From Octopus bimaculoides (Eukaryota), in assembly GCF_001194135.2 (NCBI RefSeq), contig NC_068983.1:28374249-28438248 (forward strand): 64,000 nucleotides of DNA. The letters are read 5' to 3'. A program made the translations under genes and the position numbers. Shown here one piece after another: positions 26,301-35,915 of the stretch. The first letter of the stretch is position 1. The number at the start of each line of letters is the position of its first letter. The notes beneath the pieces were generated by a model. The model saw only the letters and a list, made by a program, of their open reading frames with translations. It did not search any database and was not told where the DNA came from.

Positions 26301-28296
26301 ATTAGTGTAAAAAGAGACTGAGTGACTTTTGTATTAATTATTGGCTAAATTCATCAATCTGAGCTGTGTGGATGCGTGAAGTTAATGGTGGTTATTTTGA
26401 GATTTTAACTGAGAGACTCTATGCTTCTCTAGGAAATTATACGGAATTAACTTTTAACTTTCTGCTTAATCCATATGGGAGAGCTCTGAGAACATAAAAG
26501 CAAGGATCAAACTGATTTAAATTTCAAGTGTAAAGACATACAAGGAAATTATAATTTGTTGATGTCCAACTGCTATTTAGACTAGCTCTTAAATTACAAT
26601 ACTTCTCTGCACAATGTGTAAGACTGAGGAGACGGATGCCCACAGTAGACACTACAAAGAAATAGAATGGTTGAAGAAAGATAAATATTTCTCCTTTTTT
26701 TTTTTAATATTAGTCACAGGAAACGGAGAGGCAGAGCCCTTCATCTTTGAAAGTTTTTCTCCGAGCTTTTAAAACAATGTGGTTCATGATCAGCATGAAT
26801 ATTTGTAGGTTAATATTTACTGATAAACATGGATAGGGAGGAAATTCTAAATGGTTGAAATCCTAGAAAGGAAGAACTTGTCAAAGAGTTTAGAATGAAG
26901 GTCTGTGTGACATAAGCATGGACGAAAAATGATGGCTACATTCAAATACAAAGAGTATGCAGTTAGGTAAGTTGGAAGAACAGTGGCTATTATAGCAGTA
27001 ATAGAAAAGACAAAGAGAAGAACTCATGTTTCTGTGAGTCAGTGATGTCAGAAGTATGTTGGTGAATGGTTTACTGATGAGTTAAGGGCATCTGTCTACT
27101 AAAATTATCCCCACAAAGTTTTGTTCAATCCATAGTTGCACGATATAAAACACTCACACAATGTTCTGTACTGTGGAGTCAAGCCCAGAACTACATAACT
27201 TCAAAGTGCACCATTATGCATTCCATCTATATCATTTATTTTAAAATAACATTATATAATATTTTCGTTCTTTTTACACTCTTCAAAATACCAATAATTC
27301 TCACCCACCACAACCATCAAGCTGTTTTTAACTCCTCTACTTTTCTCACCCACTTCACTATCAAAGAACCAAAAAAACAAGTCAAAAATAGTATTTCTCC
27401 TCCCCAGACAAATAAATAGAAATAAAGTTAGTTTATTGATTTGCACACAATTAAAAGAAACTAATATTTGTAACTGGATTTGTGCTTGCATCAGCATCCA
27501 GTCAACTTCCAGTCACAATCACTGTGTATTATGTATTTTAGTACAACACAGTTTTTTCTTTTAAAGTCTACTTTAATTACTCTTCTTGCCATATTTTTTC
27601 CTCTTTAAAAATGATTATATAAAGTTTAATTTGTCAAAAAAAGATTTTTTATACTAAATCAATTTGAATTTATTTTTCTTACATAATTTTTCATTTATGG
27701 GACTCCAATTAACTTCGTATCAGACATGATGTATTTAACATTAAAATAATGAATGTGATAAACTGGTAGTGTTTTAAGTATTAGAATTGGTTGTAGCATC
27801 TAAATAAATAAATGTGGAAGCAGCTACAAAGCTGCTCAATCTAATAGAAATATCAAATAAATATCCCTCAAATTGTATCCTACTGTTTAAAGAAGTCAAC
27901 AGGTATATTTGATAATATGGTGGCTGATGTACTAAAAGAACAAGATGGTCATTAATAGAAAGCTATTTTTTAATTTTTCCTTTTTTTGTGTGTGTGTTTG
28001 TAAGTCTACCCTGTCAGGGATGACCAGGTACTAAACAAAAAGTACAGCATTTCAAACCATGAGCTTAGAGAGCTTCTACATGTTGATCAACCTGCTAAGA
28101 ATAACAGTCAAATTTCCCTCAAATAACACATTTTCATTAGATAAACAAAGGAAAAGCTCATTCGATAATGTAGTTCCAGATACGCTATGTCAGAAAAAAA
28201 TGAGACATTGTTCACAGAAACATCTTTGATCATTGTTCTGCTCAGTCAGGGATAACAAGGATGGGAATAAGCTACAGTTACTACTGCTGCTGTTTA

Positions 28297-28338
<42 letters not shown>

Positions 28339-28887
28339 ATGCAATCTCCATTTGCCAGTATTATCATAATTTTTGACAGTAGTGGTAAAATATTGATATC
28401 TCTACTAATATTATCTGTATACCACCACTGCAACCACCATCGTCAGAACTATTCCCCTTGGTTAGTGCAAATAGCAAGGTTGCTGATTTTAACATAGTTT
28501 AAACTACTGAATTATAAGAGGGTAATATCCAATAGTCTCTGAGAATCAGGTTGTTTAACCTTTGTAGTAATGGAAACATTTTTTTTAGTATTTGTGTATG
28601 TTGTGAGAGAGAGAGAAAGAGAGTTGGAGTAAAAGAAAGGAAAAGAGTGAGAGAGGACCTAAGAGAAAGAGAAAAATAAAGATACAGTGAGAGATAACAA
28701 GTGTGTGTGCACTCACTTGAGTGTAGTGTTAAGAAACCTATAAGCTGTATAATCTCTATTCATTATTATTGACAAATGAGATGAATGTCAGTTTTCATTA
28801 AACTTGCACTATTTATAAACTGTTATTGAATAACATGATGAAAATTCAACTTGATATCTTTATTTTAACTTTAAAAAATGTCTGATA

Positions 28888-29070
28888 CAGGAACGCCATG
28901 GTTGTGTTGTAAATAGTTTGCTTCCCAACCATATGGTTCTGGGTTCAGTCCCTTTCTGCGACATCTTGGGCAAGTATCTTTTACTATAGTCCCAAGCTGA
29001 CCAAAACCTTGTAAGTGCATCTGGTAGACGGAAACTGAAAGAAGCACATTGTATATGTAAATATATATCT
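28888..29070 (+). mobile_element. SINE family A, head half
   Basis: ggttgtgttgtaaatagtttgcttcccaaccatatggttctgggttcagtccc...ggtagacggaaactgaaagaag. Confidence 0.82.
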
Positions 29071-29086
29071 ATATAAAACATTCAAG

Positions 29087-29300
29087 CGAGGTCGTTGCCA
29101 GTGCCGCTGGACTGGTTCCTGTGCAGGTGGTGCATAAAAAACACCATTTGAGCGTGGCCGTTGCCAGTACCATGTGACTGGCCCTCATGCCGGTGGCACG
29201 TAAAAGCACCCACTACACTCTCGGAGTGGTTGGCATTAGGAAGGGCATCCAGCTGTAGAAACTCTGCCAGATCAGATTGGAGCCCAGCATGCTACAATTT
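29087..29300 (+). mobile_element. SINE/LINE-tail family E fragment
   Basis: Internal subrepeats gttgccagt(g/a)cc..gactgg, then gtggttggcattaggaagggcatccagctgtagaaa shared with 43270-43412 and 63395-63555. Confidence 0.75.
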
Positions 29301-29315
29301 TGCCACTTCACCACC

Positions 29316-29317
<2 letters not shown>

Positions 29318-29361
<44 letters not shown>

Positions 29362-29366
29362 TAATA

Positions 29367-29408
<42 letters not shown>

Positions 29409-29681
29409 CTGGANNNNNNNNNNNNNNNNNNNNNNNNNNNNNNNNNNNNNNNNNNNNNNNNNNNNNNNNNNNNNNNNNNNNNNNNNNNNNNNNNNNNNNN
29501 NNNNNNNNNNNNNNNNNNNNNNNNNNNNNNNNNNNNNNNNNNNNNNNNNNNNNNNNNNNNNNNNNNNNNNNNNNNNNNNNNNNNNNNNNNNNNNNNNNNN
29601 NNNNNNNNNNNNNNNNNNNNNNNNNNNNNNNNNNNNNNNNNNNNNNNNNNNNNNNNNNNNNNNNNNNNNNNNNNNNNNNNN

Positions 29682-29728
<47 letters not shown>

Positions 29729-29750
29729 AATAATAATAATAATAATAATA
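29318..29750. repeat. Compound (AAT)n/(GAT)n microsatellite with gap
   Basis: Direct reading; N block in the middle. Confidence 0.9.
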
Positions 29751-31291
29751 AGGTGGCTTGATGAGACAGAGGCTGGACATGTTCTTTGCTGCTCTGACCT
29801 GTCAGCAGCTAAAGACACAGAAACACTAATACAACCCAGTAGGACAGCTGAAAAAATAACTCTAAAAGACTGGAATATCTACAGATTCCTGTGAGTATTT
29901 TGAAGTTCTCTCAAAATAAGTTAAGGAACTTACATATCTACAGTTTTCGAACACACAAATGAACACCTCAAAAAAAAAATTTAGAAACTTTAATATCTCC
30001 AATTTTGTGTGAACATTTTGTCTTCCCGTCTTCCCTGACTAACAGAATATGTAAACATGCCTTTTACTGTAACAACACAATTAAATGCACAATAAAAAAT
30101 TAAGTAAGCAAGCACCTGCCAATATATACATACTGCACAACTACAAAACCTGAAAACCACAGCAAAACTTTTAAGAAGAGAAGAAAAATTCCAAAAGAAA
30201 AAGAAATTCAGAAATTCAAAAATCCAACGAGGTGAACATCTTTTCCTCCTACTATTCCCAAAGACTGGAATATCTACAATTTCCTGTGAATATTTTAAAT
30301 CTCCCTCAAAATAAAATAAGTTAGGACACTTTCATACCTACAGATTTCCAACACACAAACGACCGGCTTAAAAAAAAAAACCTTTAATATCTACGACTAC
30401 TGTGTGAATACTTATCCTTTCCTCTCTCCTTGAGTATTTGAAAATGTAAACATCATCCTCCTTTTTATTCTAAGAACGCGACCATTTCCTTCTGTGCGGT
30501 CATACAAAAGAACATATTTAGTTAATCTTAGCACTTTACTATCTACAACTTGTTTTCTTTTCTTTTTTGACTCTCCTTGAGTATTCGAAAATGTAAACAT
30601 CCTTTTCATTGCAAAAGTCCTACTGTAATCTCCAACTGGACAGAGAAATGAACAACTCAAGAAAACTTAAAAACTTTAATATATTACCCAAATATGTAAA
30701 CACACCTTTCATTGCAACAACACAATTGAATTCAGAAATTCAAAAATTCAATGACATGAATATCAGAATATGTGTGTGTGTGTGCGTGTGTGTATATATA
30801 TATATATATGTGTGTATGTGTGTGTATATATATATATATTATTATTGTTTTTTTCTACCAGTAATTACAAATAGAACAGGTTGAATTGCTTCTTTTCAAG
30901 GCACTGCTCCCAGTATCCACTGGTAGTAGTAAACACATTTGACCTCTGCTGATCCAAAGGGTGCAAAGAGTCCTTTGTCTCTATGGCTGACCTCCCCACC
31001 ATCTGCTGAATCTGTTTGTAGACCTGTGGAATACAATCTATTCACCAAACTGCTACCCAACTTTTCCCTCAAACAATGGTAGTGGTGGTAATGGTGATAA
31101 TGAAAAAAATAATAATAATATGCTGCAGCTGCTAATACTAAATACTACTAACACTACATTAACACTACAACTACTACTATTATGATAGCACAGGAATCTG
31201 AGGCTCAACTATCACTCTTACCACTACCCCCACCCACGTTACTATTGCTGCAACCACTGCTGCTACTACACATAAGAACAATAATATCAGT

Positions 31292-31420
31292 ATTATTTAC
31301 ATTTGACGGATATTTGTCCTCATCTTTTTTGTTGTTAACACAACGTTTCAGCTGATATACCCTCCAGCCTTCATCAGGTGTCTTGGGGAATGTAAATAAT
31401 TCCTCATCTCTTAAATATAA
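31292..31420. mobile_element. Short retro-insertion with internal inversion and 15-bp TSD, Penelope-like terminal sequence
   Basis: aacaataatatcagt at 31277-31291 and 31421-31435. A 12-bp inverted overlap, attatttacatt (31292-31303) / aatgtaaataat (31389-31400). Contains the hammerhead motif. Confidence 0.75.
31337..31382 (-). ncRNA. Minimal type I hammerhead ribozyme motif (Penelope-type, palindromic stem III)
   Basis: Minus strand gacac-CTGATGA-A-GGCTG-gagggtatat-CAGCT-GAAA-CGT-T-gtgtt. Stem I gacac/gtgtt, intact CUGAUGA and GAAA core, one extra A before stem II, stem II 5 bp with one G-U, loopless ACGU stem III, U at the cleavage position. Confidence 0.75.
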
Positions 31421-31470
31421 AACAATAATATCAGTGATATCAGTGATGATAATAATAATAATAATAATAA

Positions 31471-33260
31471 TGAAAGGAAATGGGTGGAGCCTCCTCCTCC
31501 TCATGAGCTGCTTAATGATACATCTAGAGATGATGTCACAATAAAAACACTATTAATTACGCAGCCTGATAATCGCTACCTCATATGAGTGATAATGAAA
31601 AAAACAAAATATTGTGAATAACGGTGTTAATGAAACTGAAGTCGTTGATGGTGACAGTGTTACACCCGGTAGGCTCAGAGATTCTGGTCCGGCTCCAGCC
31701 TGTTGATATCCAGAAAGGGACCACCACTCATGGCGTAGATGAACCAAGCAAATTAATGCTGTGGTCATGGAGTGTTACTACCTGAGCTGCCCGGTAGATG
31801 AAAATGGTGCTCAAATTAGGGGTTACCAACAACGTATGTATGATCATTGGAGAGAAAAGGGATTGTTTTAACTCATGGAACAGAGACTATGTAATCAAGC
31901 TAGAGCAATAAGGAAAAATTGTTGGTTCACAGTAGTAGGGCTTGAAGCTATCAAAAGACGGATAATGGAAAATAGCAGAGATAACAATGAAAATACAGTT
32001 CTTACTAATAAGAGTAATCCCATAGCACAGGAAAGGAGCAGTGGTAGTTTACTTGATGAGAGACATATAGATAATCTAAAAGAAGACAATAAAACTAATG
32101 GTGACATGACTGATGAACAAAAAGCAATCTATGACAAAAAAAAGCAAGATTACAGGAGAACAATAGCAACATTATTTGCCACCTTAAAAACGTTGATCGA
32201 TGGAAATTGAACCAAGAAACGGAAAATATCAATGAAATTCTGAAATACATCAGAACAAACATCACAGAAACAAATAATATGATCAAGGCAGCAAGTATTG
32301 TTGTAGCAGAAAAGGTGGGTGTTGATATCAAGAAAAAAAAACATAATGGGAGTGACAAAAGAAAAGATCCATGGTGGAAAGAAGAATCCAGGCAGGGTTA
32401 GACATGCTCTCGAAGGAAATCTCTGTGCTAGACCAAAAAAAGAAAGAGGAGCTTAAAAGTGAACAAAAATACAGGGTGCTGAAAAGGAAGTATAATATTG
32501 AAAGAAAGGGCCTAAAAGTAGTAGTAGAGGAACTGAAACAGTGCCTCATTGCAAAGAAAGCAAAGATGGTAAGATACAATCAAAGAATGAATGGTTACCA
32601 CCAGAATAGGTTATTCAGATTAGATCAGAAGAGATTCTATAAAGAAATAAATGGAGAGTGTACAGATGAAAAGTTGATACCAGCTAACATTGAAAGTCAA
32701 AGGTTTTGAAGTGACATCTGGAGCAAAGACAAGGAGCACAAGAAGGATGCTGAATGGCTTCAAGAACTGAAACAAANNNNNNNNNNGAGTAGGGAGGGGA
32801 GGGGAAGAAGAAGAAGAAGAAGAAGAATGATAAAGTCAGTTTATTGGTTGATATATATATCCCCTGAGCTCATAATATTGCAGCAAATTGAAAATGAAAA
32901 AAATTTGGCATCTCAAGGTGGTTACAATACCAGTGATTGTAGAAGCACTTGGAATGATCAAAAAAGCAACTGAAAATTATTTGAGAATGATCTCTGGCTT
33001 ACCATCCCTGCAAGACGTGCAAAAAATTGTTTCCACTGGTAATGTCACATGTATTGAGAAGAATACTATTGCTGTGAAAATGTCAACCATCCATGTAAAG
33101 AGGTTTTTTTTTTCTACAAAACTTTGTTTGACTTTGTAAAGGAACAATCTGGTGTATTTATTTTAATGGTCTGTCAATGTATACAATGAGCTTCTTTGCC
33201 CTAGGTGTCAGGAAGACACTCAACAAGAAACAGAAACAAACTTGAAGAAAGAAGAAAAAC

Positions 33261-33264
<4 letters not shown>
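31471..33264 (+). mobile_element. R4/Dong-clade non-LTR retrotransposon with both ends present, RT region missing or in the gap, flanked by (TAA)n
   Basis: N-terminus ..KQINAVVMECYYLSCP..GYQQRMYDHWREK..EQRLCNQARAIR..; DPWWKRRIQ..KYNI..EELKQ..QNRLFRLDQKRFYKE..F*SDIW..AEWLQELK; after the gap an RLE C-terminus KIWHLKVVTIPVIVEALGMIKK..LQDVQKIV. (AAT)n at 31448-31470 and 33265-33303. Confidence 0.8.
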
Positions 33265-33304
<40 letters not shown>

Positions 33305-33346
33305 TATAAAAATAAATTATATAAAATTATATATAATTCAACTTAC

Positions 33347-33463
33347 TTGATATAATAGGGCTTGTCATTTTTGTCAAGAGCTTCCTCCCAACCATATGGC
33401 AGGCCATTCTTTGGATACCAATTGTCTCGTGGTGGTATCCAAGATGTAACTTGACTGAGATGG
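33347..33463 (-). CDS. FRMPD4: Internal coding exon of a FERM and PDZ domain-containing protein 4 (Preso)-like gene: end of WW1 plus WW2
   Basis: Acceptor tttatatttctag|C CAT, donor ATC AA|gtaagt, 117 nt, phase 2/2. Translation HLSQVTSWIPPRDNWYPKNGLPYGWEEALDKNDKPYYI(N). It aligns without gaps to human FRMPD4 [39 protein letters not shown] (recalled, not searched). The exon call is firmer than the orthology. Confidence 0.83.
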
Positions 33464-33518
33464 CTAGAAATATAAATAAAAAGAAATAAATTAGACTGAG
33501 AAAAATATTGTTGGAAAA

Positions 33519-33588
33519 GGCAATAAGCATAGTGGTTAAGAGCGCAGGCCACTAACCCCAAGATTCCGAGTTCAATTTCAAGCAGTGA

Positions 33589-33630
<42 letters not shown>

Positions 33631-33664
33631 CAACATCGAAAAATACCTTATGAATGAGAACCCA
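33519..33664 (+). mobile_element. tRNA-derived SINE head followed by internal (AAT)n, truncated
   Basis: A-box-like taagcatagtgg, ttaagagcgc, anticodon-like arm cagg-ccactaa-cccc, B-box gagttcaatttc, then (aat)n and aacatcgaaaaataccttatgaatgagaaccca. Confidence 0.7.
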
Positions 33665-33702
33665 ATGAGGGAACAATTACATGATCAGTTGATCTGATAG
33701 TT

Positions 33703-34015
33703 AGGCACACAGCTCAGTGGTTAGAACATCAAGCTCACAATCATGAGGTAATAAGTTCAATTCCTGGATCAGGCTGTGTCTTGTGTTCTTGAGAAAGACA
33801 CATATTTCCCGTTGCTCCAGTTCACTCAGCTGTAGAAATGAGTTGCAACATCATTAGTGCCAAGCTGTAATGGCCTTTGCCTTTTCCTTGGATAACCTCG
33901 GTGGTGTGGAGAGTGGAGACTGGTATGCAGGGGCAACAGCTGATCTTCCATAAACAACCTTGCCTGGACTTGTGCCTTGGAGGGGAACTTCTTAGGTGCA
34001 ATCCCATGATCATAC
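33703..34015 (+). mobile_element. SINE family D (C-type head and core, different tail)
   Basis: agctcagtggttagaacatcaagctcacaatcatgagg..gttcaattcc..ttgctccagttcactcagctgtagaaatgagt; the tail is collinear with 63645-63983. Confidence 0.82.
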
Positions 34016-34671
34016 ATATCTGAAGGGAATCTTCTACCTTTTACCTGATCTAATAAAGATAGCAGCCAAATTTCCCTCAAATTGCAGGCCCCATCATCTT
34101 AAATAAGAGGTGGATACGTTAAATAGTGTAGTCTGAAATATAATTTTCAAATACATGGCTGGCATGTATTTGATTATAACTACAAAATGCTCTCAAGACG
34201 ACATGGGAACTTCTACATAGTTTGCTCGACCTGCTAGAAATAGCAACCAAATGTCCTTCAAATCATCACACTTTACATTCTAATAAAGAAAAGAAATAAT
34301 AAATTGGTTAACTCTTTAGCATTTAATCCGGCCACATTCGGCCAAAATATTCTACCTGTTTTATGTTCAAACTAGCCAGATGTGACCTCTCACACCTACC
34401 CCGCAATATCATTCTAACAATAAACAATCACATCATTGAAATCTCAAAGCTATAAGATAATGTATGATTAATTCAAAACAATGTGAATAAAAAAAGCATT
34501 ACTTTTGATAGAATAAAGCAAATGCTAAAGGGTTAATGTAGTCAGTGATACATCATTTAAAAATATGACAGGATAGTCATGTCTAGAATGTCCTTAACCA
34601 TATGTCTGCTTCAGTCTGATCAATAAAGACTAGCAGATGGATAAACAACTATAGCAGCATGGTTTATTCAA

Positions 34672-35220
34672 TTTTTGCTTACTGACCACATGGTTCTGCA
34701 TTCATTCCCACTGCATGACACCTTGGGCAAGTGTCTTCTACTATAGCCTTGGGCTGACCAAAGCCTTGTGAGTGGATTTGGTAGATGGAAACTGAAGGAA
34801 GTCCGTCGTATATATGTATTTATATATATGTATGTGTGTGTATATGTTTGTGTATCTGTGTTTGTCCCCCCACCATCGCTTGACAACCAATGGTGGTGTG
34901 TTTACGTACCCGTAACTTAGCGGTTCGGCAAAAAAAACTGATAGAATAAGTACTAGGNNNNNNNNNNAGTCCGTCGTATATATGTATTTATATATATGTA
35001 TGTGTGTGTATATGTTTGTGTATCTGTGTTTGTCCCCCCACCATCGCTTGACAACCAATGGTGGTGTGTTTACGTACCCGTAACTTAGCGGTTCGGCAAA
35101 AAAAACTGATAGAATAAGTACTAGGCTTACAAAGAATAAGTCCTGGGGTCGATTTGATCGACTAAAGGCGGTGCTCCAGCATGGCCACAGTCAAATGACT
35201 GAAACAAGTAAAAGAGTAAC
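34672..35220 (+). mobile_element. SINE family A (contains an artefactual 158-bp duplication across a 10-N gap)
   Basis: Family A modules; 34800-34957 is identical to 34968-35125. Confidence 0.88.
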
Positions 35221-35696
35221 TGATGTAGAGGGAATAATAATGTCATAATTAAGTTGCTGTAGGAAGCATTAAATAGCTAATTAGAAGCAAATAGGCAGTG
35301 AGTAACTTACACTATGGACAAGCCATTCTACTCATTCAAAAGTACACAAAACTATTAAATTCACTGTTGATTTAATTCTATTTCATGATGTGCCAAAATT
35401 TTCATAGCAGAACTATGACCTGGGCAGGCGAAAGACTTGCAGAACTGAGTCAATGATCAAGTCATAGTTGAGGGGCAAAAATTTTGATATCACATGAAAC
35501 AAAATAAAAATTAAATGTTAGGTTAAGACCTTTGTGTGCTATTAAATGATTAGAATGACTTTGTATTATGCAGTTACTTCAGTTTCAAAACACCATTTTA
35601 GATCAAGTCGCTAGCTATATAAATACAACTCTGAAATAAGTAGTGAAGTAAAGAAAATTATATTAATAAATGGTTAATATGATTTTTTACTCAACA

Positions 35697-35915
35697 AGGG
35701 TAGCGAGCTGGCAGATTCATTTGCACATTGGGCAAAATACTCAGAGGCATTTTATCTATCTTTAAATTTTTAGTTCAAATTCTTCCAGGGTCAACTTTGG
35801 TCTTCATCCTTTTGGGGTCGGTAATATAAATACCAGTTGAGTACTGGGGTTGATGTAATTGACTTACCCCTCTCCCAGACTAAATGGCCTTCTGCCTAAA
35901 TTTGAAATCATTATT
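35697..35915 (+). mobile_element. SINE family B
   Basis: aagggtagcgagctggcaga..gttcaaattc..cttcatccttttggggtc..taccagttgagtactggggttgatgtaattgac. Confidence 0.82.

Noticed and set aside
31471-31545. gagcctcctcctc at the R4 5' end, reminiscent of the HDV ribozyme P3/L3
   Set aside because: Could not build P1, P1.1 and P2 consistently; a family consensus would be needed.
1-33346. Search for the downstream FRMPD4 PDZ exon (GFGFVAGSE-type motif) and FERM exons
   Set aside because: No matching reverse-strand codon pattern found by eye; a short or divergent exon, or one inside an N gap, could have been missed.
34800-35125. Exact 158-bp tandem duplication inside a SINE A
   Set aside because: Identical copies separated by a 10-N gap; assembly artefact.
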